64,000 nucleotides of DNA from Camelus ferus (taxonomy: Eukaryota): assembly GCF_009834535.1 (NCBI RefSeq), contig NC_045697.1:54252001-54316000 (forward strand), in the 5' to 3' direction. Of the stretch, positions 1 to 13,489 are shown piece after piece; the stretch's first letter is position 1, and the number at the start of each line of letters is the position of its first letter. The position numbers were made by a program, and so were the translations under genes. The notes under the pieces are model-generated. The model saw only the letters and a list, made by a program, of their open reading frames with translations. It searched no databases and was not told where the DNA came from.

Positions 1-159
1 TGTGACACACTGTTCTCATCTCCAACCACACACAGTTTTTTCCCTGCCTTTCTTTTCATGTCTTTCTTAGTGTCTTTCTCTCCCATTATAAATCAAAATT
101 TACAAGAACATTCATTTACCTCTACTTCCAGTATAAGTTATATATACATTTCACCTCAG

Positions 160-412
160 CAAGAAGCAATATAGTAATTAAATGTTCCAGCTCTAGGGCC
201 ATTTATCTGGGTTTAATCTTGAGTAGGCTACTTACTAGTTGTATAGCACAGGGAAGTTATTTAATGCCTCATGCCTCACTTTTCTCATCTGTGAAATGAA
301 CGTGATGTCAACCTTAGACAGCTTAGTAAGAATCAAATGAATTAATACATGTAAAGTGCCCAGAACAGAGTTCGCACATGGTAGGCACTGAATAAACATC
401 AGCTGCTATTAT
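160..412 (+). mobile_element. MIR SINE
   Basis: MIR core ...cctcacttttctcatctgtgaaatg... and tail ...taatacatgtaaagtgcccagaacag...aataaacatcagctgctattatt. Confidence 0.8.
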
Positions 413-566
413 TAACATAGAACATTAATCACTATTTTATTATGAAACTAAATTAAAATCTCAGAGATATATTCAAGATTTCATCATAGCCCCATTATAG
501 TTGAGCCTCAGATCCCAAAATCTATTCCCAAACCACTTAATTTCCTACTTTTCCTTTTCATCACAG

Positions 567-685
567 GTCAGAAAGTGGAGTATTATCACGGCACCTTTAA
601 AATTTCAGACCTACGAGTCAACAGTAACTCTGGACAAAATAGCCCATACCACCTTAAGGACTTAAGGGAGATGAGCGAAAACTTG
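567..685 (+). CDS. TMPRSS11A: TMPRSS11A coding exon (probable exon 3), start of SEA domain: (x)QKVEYYHGTFKISDLRVNSNSGQNSPYHLKDLREMSENL
   Basis: Acceptor ttttcatcacag| and donor TTG|gtaagt; 119 bp, phase 1 to 0. Resembles recalled human QKKEYYHGSFKI...LKDLRETTENL. Upstream exons lie outside the window. Confidence 0.93.
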
Positions 686-769
686 GTAAGTCAGATAAAA
701 TTCTATTACAAAATAATGCAGGTAAAGGGATTTTGTGCATCTTTTCCCTTACTATTTCCTAAAACATGA

Positions 770-925
770 CCTTCAGACACTTGCATCAGAATCATCTTGT
801 AGAGTCCTAGGCCCCACTCCAGACCTCCTGAATCAGTGTCTGATGGGATGGGTAGGTGGTGATAGGGGAATAAGGGAATCCATATTCTAACAAATGACTG
901 ATTCTGATAAACCACTCTTTCTAAC
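770..925. mobile_element. MER5A-like hAT-Charlie fragment
   Basis: gcatcagaatcatct...ccccactccagacctcctgaatcag...catattctaacaa...gattctgat. Confidence 0.6.
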
Positions 926-2029
926 TCAGCCACCTCATCTAAAAGTGAGAGAACTGAAGCCAAGGCATCCCAGCCCACTGCTCCCCCCTTCCACCACAAT
1001 AGTACTCAAATGGAAAACTCAACCATACCGGAAGTGATTATTTCTAAAATCACATGCCTTTTTTTAGTAGGGCCATATCTTAAGATTTAAAATACTTTTA
1101 AAATATATGTGAAAGGAAACACGATCATCAATGTTCATTTTATCTCACAAACATACTAATTAAGATGAAAAACCCAGATCTGTTGTGTAATGCTCAAATG
1201 AAGTGCTAACAATTTTGTTTAAACTAAAATACAGGAATGCCCCCCAAAAGAAAAAAGTAAACCCAATTGTATAGTAGTTCTGCTCAGGATGTCTGTGAAC
1301 CCTCGCTCAAAAACAAAGGTCAGGTTAACTTCCTTGAAAAGGAAGCACAAAGCACAGATTTGTCTGCAAATGCTATTTTCTAAGGTGCTCTGAATATAAA
1401 AGAATGGAGGATATATGTCAATTTATAAATGTTAATTATTGACTTGGGGGAATGAGACTGTAAGAGAGAACAAATGTGCATAATTTAATGAGAATTAAAA
1501 ATATAGATTATAAGCTGCATCTATGGTGTTGCCAGAAATATGTTGCAATGATTTCTCAAGGAATGCCAGAAAAAACTTGGATACATACTCCAGTACCTCT
1601 TTTATCCCTTTGATCCTGAGTGACTCCACATAAACTCCATAATATAAAAATAATAACAATAAATTAATTAATCCATTTTAGTTGAAAAGATACACAATTC
1701 TTTAACAATGAGGAATATTTGTAATTTATCAGGAAAGTTTAAAATCTGTTTTCTTTATGTTTTACAGCCAACACTGTTGTTTAAGGCTAACTAAGAAATA
1801 TTTTTACTGAAGTACATGGATGGACAGGAATGCAATAGGTCTTTTAAAAGAAAGAGAAAGAAATGCAGAGGTGAATCTGTAACATTATGTGTTTGGAGGT
1901 GGACTTTGAAGTTTCCGTAAAGCATACATTTCTAGGAGTGAAAGAACCTCAGGTGCAAAGGCTGAGTTAGGTACTGACAAATCATCATCATGAGGACGTA
2001 CAAGGCCCTTCTCTAGCTGTCATTACCTA

Positions 2030-3420
2030 TTTCTTCTCCTTTATTCCCATAACCCACTATCATTCACCTCCCCCTGGCAGGCAACCATTCTGTATTTCAC
2101 ATGTATTCTTTTGTTTGTATTCAGTCTTGCAAAAATGTATTTTGTTGTTTGTGCACAGCACATGCTTTTAACTTATTCTTTGTGTTATAAATTACTTGTT
2201 TTAGTCAGTTTGGGCTGCTATAACAAAGTACCATAGTTTAAGTGGCTTACAAATAACAGAAATTTATTTCTCATAGTATTGGAGTCTGGAAGTCTGAAAT
2301 CAGGCATCATCATGATCAGGTTCATGGCCCAATCACCTCCCAGAGGCCCTACTTCCTAATACCATCACATTGGGGATTAGAATTTCAACATATGAATTTG
2401 GCAGGAAACAAATATTCAGTCTACTATTATCATTTTGCTTCACACTTTTTTACTCAGATCTGTTTTTTAAGCTCTAGCTATGTTGATAAATGTATATTTA
2501 ATTAATTGCTATTAACTGCTACATGATAAGTTACAATGTCTATCCACCATATTTTACCTCCTGTCTATCATCTCAAGAAACGCTGCACTAAACAGCCTCC
2601 TACTTATCCCTGGAAGCAGAATTACTGGGTCATCGGTGTGCACACATTTAATTTGACTAATTGGTGCTGGACTGCTCTTCAAAATGGCTGAATCAGTGTG
2701 TACTCCCAACTGCAGTGCATGAGGATTCCTGTGTCCTCAGGTCTTTGTCAGCATTTGGTAATATCTGGCTTTCTAATTCTGGCAACCTAATAGGCATTAC
2801 GTTGTATCTGATTCATGATTTAATTTGCATTTTTCTATTGTGTATTTCAATTACTAATGAGTCTTTGCATCATTGGATATACTTGTTAGCCATCTGGACT
2901 TTCATTTCTATAAACTGCCTGTACCTTTCCTTTGCCTTTTTTATTAGACTTGTTTTATTAGCACTGCTTTGCAAGAATTTCCTACATTTTTGAGGTATGA
3001 ATAGTTTGTTGGTAGTAGACATTGCACTTACCCATTCTATCATTTATTAATCTGGATCATATGTCCTTCATAAAATAACAATTCATAATTTTAAAGCAAT
3101 CATTCATTAATTTTCTTTGCTTTATGGCTGTGTTTTTAAAGCTTTTTTTAAAGAAGTTATTTCCTCTTTTTAAGTCATAAAATTATTTTCCTGTACTTCC
3201 ATCCATTAACTTTTTTACTGAAGTATAATCAGTTTACAAGGCTGTATTAGCTTCTATTAACTTTATACTTCTTACCTTTTACACAAGGGTTTTAATGCAT
3301 CTGAAGTTCACCTCTGAATGTGACGTTAGGTAGAAACCCAAGTTTTATTCTCCATATAGTGAGCTAGTTTTCCCGATGTAACTAACTAAACAATCTGTCT
3401 TCCCAATATATGGTATGATT
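2030..3420 (-). mobile_element. Old L1M fragment, interrupted by an MLT1 LTR
   Basis: T-rich antisense L1 motifs: agaattactgggtcat, ttaatttgcattt, ttgttagccatctgga. Confidence 0.65.
2197..2424 (-). mobile_element. MLT1A-type MaLR solo LTR, internally deleted
   Basis: tgttttagtcagtttgggctgctataacaaagtacc...cctaataccatcacattggggattagaatttcaacatatgaattt. Confidence 0.8.
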
Positions 3421-4189
3421 ATCCAGCTCTTGACATTTCTTGGCACCTGACTCTTACAGTGAGGAGCCATGATCCCTCTCTTCAAACTGTTTCCCATCTC
3501 TTTGGAGAGATGAGAGTAACACACATGAAAATGAACAGCATGACGTCATATAATTAAGGACTTAATTGTATGTTGAGAACAATAGTGAAGAAGAACTTCA
3601 AAGAAAAGGAAGATTAACTAGGGTTCATATGGTCAGGAAAGGTTGTGTGTATTTTAGCCGTTTAAATGGGACAGGTTTTCCTCTCCCTCCATTCTCCACC
3701 AATTTACCTTTACGAGAATTACAGGAGGAGTTCATACCTCATCCTGAACCACTCCTGTTTATTGCTGCTAAATCCCAATTAATAAAACCAGATTCTGCTC
3801 TCTGCCCTATGTGGGTGCTAATTAGACAGCCAAAAAGACAGGTTGTAGGTCCTGTTCTTTCTCATAATTTGGGATTTACTGATTTGAATGCAAATAGAGA
3901 TGCAAAAGTAAAATGAGTTCATGCCCAAATACTGCTGAAATCCATTCCAGTTCACTGAGAAAATAGCACAAACCTATCTCCTCTTTCATATCATTCTTCA
4001 GGGAAGACTCCAGTAACCAGACACCAGTAATTTATAATACTCCCAGATAGGTAGGTCATTATCATTATTATTATAAGTTTGAGTAGGATCATTGACTGAG
4101 GGAGTACTTCATTTAGAGAAATGTATTTCAGAAATATTTTTAAATTATATGATCATTACAAATATGAAAGTTATAAACTTGTTACACCA

Positions 4190-4405
4190 TAACAATAGCA
4201 AAGTTAACTCAATAAGCACTCAATTAGCTTAGCACACTAAGCACCTTACCTGTATTATTTCAGTTAATCTTCAAACACAACCTTATGAGTTAAGTACAAT
4301 TACTATCACAATTTTATAGAGGAGAAAATCATGGTACAGAAAAATTAATTCACCTAAGATCACAGAGTAAACTATAGTTAGGATCTGAGATTACATGTTC
4401 TTAAT
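4190..4405 (-). mobile_element. MIR SINE
   Basis: Antisense core ...attttatagaggagaaaatcatggtacaga...cacctaagatcacag. Confidence 0.65.
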
Positions 4406-4519
4406 ACATTTTTGCCATCCATTAGAATCATCTGTGTGAACTTACTTCCCATCTACCGTCCCACAAAATATCAGAAATCAAATATTATTTATTCCTGATA
4501 CATTATTCTCTTTCAGTTA

Positions 4520-4722
4520 CAGTTGATCCTTGAACAACATGAGTTTCAACTGCATAGGCCCATGTAAAATGTGGGTTTCTTAAAAAATAAATGCGTGCTA
4601 CCGTACTGCATGATTGGTGGTTGGCTGAATTTGTGGATGCAAAACCAGGGACATGGAGAACCAACTATAAAGTGATATGCAGATTTTCACTCCAATCCTC
4701 CATAGTGTTCAAGGGTCAACTG
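4520..4722. mobile_element. Tigger2-family non-autonomous TcMar element (MITE)
   Basis: TIRs CAGTTGATCCTTGAACA...TGTTCAAGGGTCAACTG flanked by TA TSDs (4518-4519, 4723-4724). Confidence 0.85.
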
Positions 4723-5774
4723 TATACTATTAACATGTGCCAATGACCACCATCTGAATTAACAATGGCACCAGTTAGGAATTTTCTTAGGGTTATCTCC
4801 CAGGCAAAAAAAAAACTATTCTCCCTATGTCCAAGGCAGTTCAAAAGTTTATCTTCTTTGTACTCAAAAACACCAGACACAGGGCTTGAAATGATCCTCA
4901 AAATGTCCTTGGGACTGTGTGTCTAGAATTGTAGACGCAAAGAACTTGGGAACAGAAAGTGATGCAAGGAGATACTGTAGTTTAGGAATACTCTCTAAAG
5001 GAATTAGAAGACACTGATGACTTAGTTCTCTAAAACAGGAAGGTCGTCTCCTGAGAAAAAGCAGCTGGGTCAAGATAAACTTAAATTAACAAAGATATTA
5101 GACTGTCTATAGTTTGGAGTTGCATAAGATTAAGAGAAGTAAAAGAGACCCAATGCCTGGTGTAATGCTATGACCCTATGCCTGGAAAGGAGATGATATG
5201 TGAAAGCTTTGAGAAACAAATAAGCAGAGATTATCATTAGAATTTTGCATTCAGAGGTTAGAAAAATTGGTTGTAGAATGTGACTGAGTTCTTACTTGAG
5301 AGCTCAGACTTACATTCATCTTGTAATTGAAGATTAGCATGGCTAAAAGAGAAATATGTGCACCTTCAATGTGTTTAATTTGAATCCTGAAAGAAAAAGC
5401 TAATTGATATATTTCATATCTAATCTGCAATATAACACTGCAGAAGGAGGCATTGTTATCCATAGTTTATACATAAGGGAAATAAGCCTCTCAAGTTAAG
5501 ATCCACAGCTAGTAAAGCATGGAAATTTGGAGTCATATGAGTAACTCCAACATGTGTCTTTCCACTAAATTGTCCTACTTGTCAGGAAGAGACTCAGCTA
5601 TGCTAGAAAGTTCATTTCTACATCAGTTCTTCTCCCATTTAATTTTTAAATCCATAAAGATCATAAATCTATATACTGTGCTGGATCACTTTTACTTAGC
5701 CAACACATTGGGATTACTTATTATATAAAAATGTCTTCATCCTTAATTTCTTCATTTCCTTGTATCAGTTTTTT

Positions 5775-8700
5775 CTACTTTATTGGAATATAACTGACAT
5801 ATAACATCATGCAAGTTTAAGGTATAAAACATGACGATATGATACACTTACATACTGAAAAATGTCTACCACTATAACACCTCCATCATGTCATATGATT
5901 ACCATTTCTTTTTTTGTGATAAGTGCATTTAACGTCTACTCTCTTAATAACTGTCAAGTACATAACACAGTGTTATTAACTATAGTCATCAAGATGTGCT
6001 TTGAATCCCAGAACTTACTTATGTTATAAGTCTGTACTCTTAGATCAATATTTCCCCTAGTTTTGGTAACTACCGTTCTACTATCTGTTTCTGCTAGTTC
6101 AGCTTTGTAGATTCCACATATAACTGATAAAATGAAGTATCTGTCTTCATCTTTCTGACTTATTTCACTTAGCATAATGATCTCAAAATCCATGTTGTCA
6201 TAAATGGCAGGATTTCGTTCTTTCTCATGGCTGAGGAATATACAGCTGACCTTTGAAAAACATGGGTTTGAACTTCATGTATCCACTTATATGCAAATTT
6301 TTTCATTAGTAAATACTGTAGTATTACATGATTCAATCCACGGTTGGTTGAATCCGCAGATGCATAACCATGAATACAGAGAAAATGTTTACATGAATAA
6401 ACATTTACATGGTGGATACGAAGGGCCAACTATGCATTACATGAGCAAAGAGGATCAGCACCCCCAACCTCGAAACTGTTCAAGGGTCAACTGTAGAAAT
6501 ATACACTAATCTTCTTTATCCATTTATTTGTTGACAGACTGATTGTTTCCATATCTTGGCTATTGTGAATAATGCTGCAATGAACACGGGAGTGCAGATA
6601 TCTCTTTAAGACCCAATTTCCTTTGGATATATACCCTGAAGTAGAGTTACTGGCTCATACAGTCGTTTTACTTTTGATTTTTTGAGGAAACTCCATACTG
6701 TTTTCCATAGTGGCTGGACCAATTTACACGCCCATCCACAGCGTACAGGGTTCATTTCATCAAAGTCTTGTAGTTTCAGTATTCAGATCTTTCACCTCCT
6801 TGGTTAAATTTATCCCTAAGTATCTTACTGTTTTTGATGCTATTATGAATGAGGTTGTTTTCTTTATTTTTTTCAGATATTTTGTTGTTAGTGTATATAA
6901 ACACAGCTGATTCTGTATATTCAGCTTTATTGAAATCATTGATTAGTTCCAACAGTTTTTCGGTGGTGTATTTAGGATTTTCTATATATAAAGTCATCAC
7001 CTGCAGATAAAGATAATTTTACTTCTTCCTTTCTTATTTGGCTCCCTTTTATTTCTTTTTCTTGACTGATTGCTCCAGTTAGAACTTCCAGGACCATGCT
7101 GAATAAGAATGTGAGAGTGAGCATCCTTGTCTTATTCCTGATCTTAGAGGGAAAGTTTTCAACCTTTTACTGTTGTTAGATGTAAGCTGTAGGTTTGTCA
7201 CATACGGGCTTTATTATTTTGAGTTATGTTCCTTCTGCATGCAATTTGTTGAGTGTTTTTAACATGAAAGTATCTTGTATTTTGTCAAATGCTTTTTCTG
7301 CATCTACTGAGATAATCATATGATTTTTATCTTTCATTCTAGTGATGTGGTGTGTCAAATTTATTGATTTGCATATGTTGAACCACCCCTGCATCCCTTA
7401 ATTATGGTGTGTGATCCTTCTAATGTGCTGTTGAATTTAATTCACTAATATTTTGTTGGGAATTTTTGCATCAGGAATATTGTTCTGCAGTTGTCTTCTT
7501 GTAGTGTCCTTACTTGATTTTGGTATCAAAGTAAAGCTGGCCTCACAAAATGAGTTTGGGAGTGTTCCTTTCTCTTTGATTTTTTAGAAGAGTTTGATAA
7601 GGATTGGTATTAATTCCTGTTTGGTAAAATTCACCAGTGAAACCGTCTAGTCTTGGATTTTTTTATTTTGGGGACGTTTTTGATTACTGATTTAATCTCC
7701 TTACTCATTATTGGTCTGCTCAGAATTTCTTTTTCTTCATGATTCAACCTTGATAGATTGTATTTTTCTAGGAATGTATTCATTTCCTCTAGGTTATTCA
7801 ATTTGTTGGTGTACAGTTGTTCATAGCAGTCTCTTACAATCCTTTGTTTTTTTGTGTTATCAATTGTAATACCTACTCTTTCATTTCTAATTTTATTTGA
7901 ATCTCCTCTTTGTTTTTTCTTTTAGATAATGTAGCTAAAATTTTATCAATTTTGTTTATCTTTTCAAAAACACAACTCTTAGTTTTGTTGATCTTTTCTA
8001 TTGTTTTTCTGGTCTTTATTTCAATTATTTCTGCTCTTATCTTTGTTATTTCTTTCCTTCTGCTAACCTTGAGCTTAGTTTGTTCTTTTTCTAGTTTTTG
8101 AGGAGTAAAGTTAGATTGTTTATTTGACATCTTTCTTTTTCTTAATGTAGGCATGTATCACTATAAACTTCCCTCTTAGCACTATTTTTGTTGCATTCCA
8201 TAGGTTTTGGTATGTTCTGTTCTATTTTCTTCTGTTTCAAGATTTTTTTTCCTTTTGAGTTCTTCTTTGACCCATTGATTGTTTAGGAGTGTGTTGTGTA
8301 ATTTCCACATGTTTGTGAATTTTCCAGCTTTCCTTCTGTTAATAACTTCTAGTTTTATACCACTGTAGTCAGAAAAGATACTTGGTGTGATTTCAATCTT
8401 CTTAAATATTTGCTAACATTTGTTCTGTAACCTATCATATAATCTATCCTGGAGGATGTTCTGTGTGTGCTTGAGAAGAACATATATTCTGTTGCTGTTG
8501 CGTGAAATATTCTGTATATGTCTGTTAGGTACATTTGATTTAAAGTGTAGTTTAAATTCAACATTTTCTTATTGATTTTCTGTCTGGATGATCTATCCAT
8601 TGTTGAAAGTGAGGTATCAAAGACCTCTACTATTATTATATTGTTGTGTATTTCTCCCTTCATATCTGTTAGTATTTGTTTAATATATTTAAGTGCTCTG

Positions 8701-8800
8701 ATACTGGGTGCATATATATTTATGATTGTTATATCTTCTTGATGAATTGACCCCTTTATCATTATATAATGACTTTTTTTGTCTTTTGTTATTATTTTGG
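5775..8800 (-). mobile_element. 5'-truncated degenerate LINE-1 (L1MA-like 3'UTR; ORF2 from EN domain to C-terminus) with an internal deletion and a nested Tigger2
   Basis: Minus-strand ORF remnants: DKKSHYIMIKGSIHQEDITIINIYAP (endonuclease), [13 protein letters not shown]...KINK, MTLYIENPK (RT), IMLSEISQK (C-terminus). Confidence 0.93.
6243..6493. mobile_element. Tigger2-family MITE nested inside the L1
   Basis: TA|CAGCTGACCTTTGAAAAACATGGGTTTGAAC...TGTTCAAGGGTCAACTG|TA. Confidence 0.85.
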
Positions 8801-10828
8801 CTGACACTCTGGTCTATGTCAAATCTTAAGGGAGAAGATAAGAATAGAAACAATTGTCACAGAGAGAGAAAGGAGTTTGAAGGTTATACTTCATATGTAT
8901 GTCTAGCCTAAACAGTCTGTGATTGAAGGAAGGATGTGGATGGATGTTTTCTGAGAAAAGTTTTTAAGAAAAGAAGTAATATGAGCCATCTCTAAACTTC
9001 CTAATAAAGTTGTAAAAGTAATACAGTCTCCACTCTGATGGATAACCTATTTAGATTATCATTCATCATTTAGGCATATAAGAAAGACCAAGAGAAATTA
9101 TTCTCCCTCTCTCTCTGATAGAATAATTGAAGTTAGAGATTTCAAGGACAACACACCTGGAGAGTCTACTTTCCCTTGCATCAGGCATTCTGGTTTAAAT
9201 GTCTTTAGTACAAATTTAAACAGATACATATTAGATATTATTCTTTTTTAAAAAAGTAATTCAGAGTCTAGGTTTTTGTGGTACACTGAAAGTTAATAAT
9301 TTATCTCTTAAAACCTTCACTGCAAACTTTTTAATTCTATGAATTTACTTTGCCTCTCAGTCTCAGGAATATAGAACAATTTACGATAAGATTATTGAAT
9401 ATATTGTTAATTGCTATATGTGACTAGTTCCTCACAGACGTTTGTCTATTTCTTTCTGATAGTCTTCAAGAAACACTGAGGAAAGACAAGTGCAATCAAA
9501 TAAATAAGTCTGATAACATCACATAATGTCACAACTGATTTGGTGATATTATTATCTCCTGGCTTAGAGTAATCAGAAAGTCAGACTTCCACTGCACTTC
9601 ACCCACATACCCACAGACCCCATATGACAGTGGATCCAACTGCCCTCTCCAATAGATACAGCGCTGGGTTCAAAGCTGTGAAAGTTAAAAACAAGAGTTT
9701 GGTGAAAACAAAGTGCCTGGATTTCCAAGAGATCAATAAACCTCAAAATCCTGTGAGCACCACCAGTACTCAGATTGGCCATGTTCCATATAAGCTTACA
9801 GTAATGATTCACAGCTGACTTCTTGAATCTTGGGTTTTATCAAAAATCTAGATTTTAAATAGTAGATACAGTAACAACTTTTAAAAGCTTCAATAAGAAC
9901 CATCAAGATTATGGTGCTTATTTTTTGAGGGCAAAGAATATGGGCTGCCTTTGGAGAGGGGCAATCATTATATACTGCTTGCTGCATGTCAGTGGGTAGG
10001 AACTCTTAGTGAAAATCCACCTGTATGCTCACCCTGAGATCAACTGACTCACTGCTATGTCACCTCGGGCAAGCCACTTCCTTATTGATATAATAATGCA
10101 AATTATCACAGTATTCACTTCAGAGGGTTGATGTGAAAAGCAATAAGATCAAATACAATAGAGTTTCTGCTTGGTGTACAGGCAGCAGACAACATTGGTA
10201 ACTATTCCCACTGTTGTAACTATTGTAGTCTCACTACAGAGATTACTGAACATATTACTGAACACATCAACAAGGAGAAAAAAATTCCCTTTGAATAATT
10301 CATGAGCAGTTTTCTTTTTTCGCTAGGAGCATTAATCTCATTAATTAAGCTCATTAAAATCTCTTATAAAAGTTTCCTGGTAAATGTAAGGCTTTTTAAT
10401 AAATAAATTCTCACTTTCTTTTATTAATTCATTCAACAAAAGCATACTCTACTTATTGTAGAGTATGAAAAGATAACTTTCCCTATTCATAAAGGGTTTA
10501 TAGTTTAGTAGAGGGAATAATATATTTGCATAAATAACTGCATTAAGAAGTAGATTACATATGAGGAGTAAGAACAATTAAGACAAGAAGTGGAAAGATT
10601 ACTCTGAGGTTTAAGGAATAATCTTAAAGTAGGTCTTATCTGAAATAGACCGTGAAGCAGAGTTGTGATTCAGAACTGCAGAGCTAGTAGAATGGGAGGG
10701 GGCTACAGATCAAAGGAATAGCCTGAAAAGGGCAAGTACCCAGGAAAACAAGAGCCATGCCTGAAAACAAAGCTGCCAATCATGCAAGGTAATGGTTGTG
10801 TTGATGGGTGAGGGGGATCAGTGACAGA

Positions 10829-10829
<1 letters not shown>

Positions 10830-10867
<38 letters not shown>
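10830..10867 (+). repeat. G38 homopolymer
   Basis: Uninterrupted run of about 38 G. Confidence 0.95.
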
Positions 10868-10870
<3 letters not shown>

Positions 10871-12709
10871 TTGAACATCTGACTCTATGACCAGAAGCTC
10901 AAATGCAATTGTGCTCTAGTCTTTATTTCTACCTTGAGTTCAGCCCTTAGAGTAAAGCAACTTCAACTGAACCTTACATAAGGGTAAAAGTGTGTTGTTG
11001 GTTTTTTTAAAGAATCTCCTATACCATCCTCTGTATTCTACTCTTACTGTAATTAGCAGAAAGCAAGAGGATCTGAATTTTTTTTCTCAGCATGTTTTTG
11101 GCTTTAAACGTTTAGTTCTCAGGGGCTCAACTGGTGTGATGTTGGAAGAAACTGCCTTCACGTTCCACTGTCCAATCTTCAGTGGCATATCTCTCTGAAG
11201 TTTGTGGCCTAAACCCAGAAACGCCCCGATGCAAATAAAAAGACTGCTCTGAGAGGAGCCAGCTGAGAACCATCTATAGTGAAAGGCGGGCTACGTGTGT
11301 GAACAGTGTCAGTTTGGGAATGAGAGCTGAAAGGCTGGGCGCGTCTGTTTGTTTGAGTTGAAGGCCTCTCCCTAACTCTTTCATTAAACACCCAACTAAC
11401 CTTCAATTGCCCTCTTAGAACTTAATCTCAGTGCAACTTCCAGCACTTCAAAATCATCAAACATAAAGAGGTAATACCTTGAAAGAGGGTCTTTTGTTCA
11501 ATGTTTGGAGACTAAGTTCAACTACAAAACTCTACAAATGCCACCAAATAGGAGGCATGATAGATTTATAAATCACTAACTGTATTAGGTTATGTATAAT
11601 AAATTTATAACAAGCTGGCACACAGCTTTAAAAAAAAAAGTGTGCTTCGAAATTTCTGAGAATTTAGAATTAGAGTGCTAAAGTACTGGCAGAATGTTTC
11701 TGATGAAATAGGCCTTAATCTGCCAGGGAAACATTTCTAAGGGTGTCTCAAGAGAGCTAGTTCATAATTAAACTCCATTCAGCAATAAAGTTGATGTTCA
11801 TGTTTTCTTTGATTTTTCCTCTGTTGTAAATTCCCTTAATGTAGGAACCCTTTCAGCCAGTCTGTACCCCAGTATTTCTCAAAGTGTTTTCCCAGCTGCC
11901 TGAATCACTGGGGCCTCACCCCAGGCCCAACCAATGAGGCTTTATTCCAGGGGCTGGGTCCTGGAATTTGAATTATAGGGAAGAAATTTCTATACTTCTG
12001 TGATTACTGGTTACCTCCACCTAGATTCTGCCTATGTTATTCTTTCAGCTCCTATCTTCCCAGACACCTGAACTATTCAGTGATGGAACTGACACTGGGG
12101 CTAGAGACTCTTCTTAGAAGGCATGTTCCCTGACCAGTGATGTCATTCAGAGTCAAAAACTTAATCTAATACTTTCACCAACAAGTCACAAACAGCCAAT
12201 GGATCAATTGTGGGTGGAATTTCAGAGGATAATTACAAGCCAAACTTCTTTAAATGCCCAACCATTATTTACTTTTCTTCCTTTTACTATTGTTCACTTT
12301 TCACCCTGTTGTTTTCTGTTAGCCTTTTCTTTTCTTTTGGATTCCCCTCAGATACTGAATAATAAAACTGGCTGAGAGTATCAGAAGAAAAATGATTAAA
12401 ACAATGTCACTCTTGCGAAAACATATCTTCCAAAACAATTTCATTTCTGACATATAAACCCCACACTTCTTCAGCCCATTTAAGCTTTCCCTATTTAAAT
12501 ATAAATAAATGTATATTCTGGATACTAGCAAATTCTCTATTTTCTCAATACTGTCTTTGATCTAAAGCTCAAAAATATATTACCAAATATATCTTTAAAA
12601 GTTTTACACTTTATCTTCAAGTCAATCAACCATTTATTTTATAACTTATTGTTATAGATTCTATGAAAGAAATTAAAGAAGGAAGTAAAGTGTACATAAC
12701 ATTTAACAA

Positions 12710-12885
12710 GGAGGTTGTGTGATTCATGAGAAGAGATGGAACTACAGATAGAAGACCTAGGTTTAAGTTCCAGTTTACTAATCCACATGATGCCAGGGAC
12801 ATATTTCACATAATGTCTCCAGGTGTCAGTTTCTTCTTCAAATAAGAATCAAAATAATTCTTGTACCATACAGTTATTGTAAGTG
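12710..12885 (+). mobile_element. MIR SINE fragment
   Basis: gaagacctaggtttaagttccag...tcagtttcttcttcaaataaga. Confidence 0.55.
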
Positions 12886-13489
12886 TTAAGGGGGATCTTC
12901 AATATTTTGTTTCCTAATGAATGCCTGATAGTGGCTAAGGAAATCACAACTTTCTCCTTGATCTCTGAAGCAATCTTCCCTTTATTTTTATTTTTTTGGG
13001 TCTTTCAAAATGAGATTTGGTTTTCCTGCCCCTTCCTTAGAGATTTAGGACATGGTTTTTGCACATCTGGCTCATCTACTATCAAATATGAAGCACAGTG
13101 CCTGCATGCACTATTGCCACCAACTGGTCACTAGGGGTTACTGCAAGCCAAAATCTGGGTGTGACAGGCCACAGCCTCATGATGCCTTGGCAGGCAATTA
13201 AAATTCTGAGCAAATGGACCAAAAACAGTATCATTTCTTCTCCTTCCTTGTTGACATAAACTGAGTAATACAACTTTGACCTAAACCTGCAAAACCACCT
13301 TACTCTTTCTTCGTCTCTGACTTACCCTAGGGCTCACAATCAACAACAATTAGAAAATTGTTGGCTCTTTCCTAAATCCCTAATGCCTCTTCCCTCTACT
13401 TACAGTCAAAGACCTGCAGAGAATTCTGAGACCTGTAATGCCAGGATGGGGGCTAGGGAGCCCCAAGCAGTTTACTACCAAAATACACC

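Noticed and set aside
8355..8807. 150-aa endonuclease-like ORF and neighbouring - strand ORFs
   Set aside because: These are frameshifted fragments of a dead L1 ORF2, not host genes.
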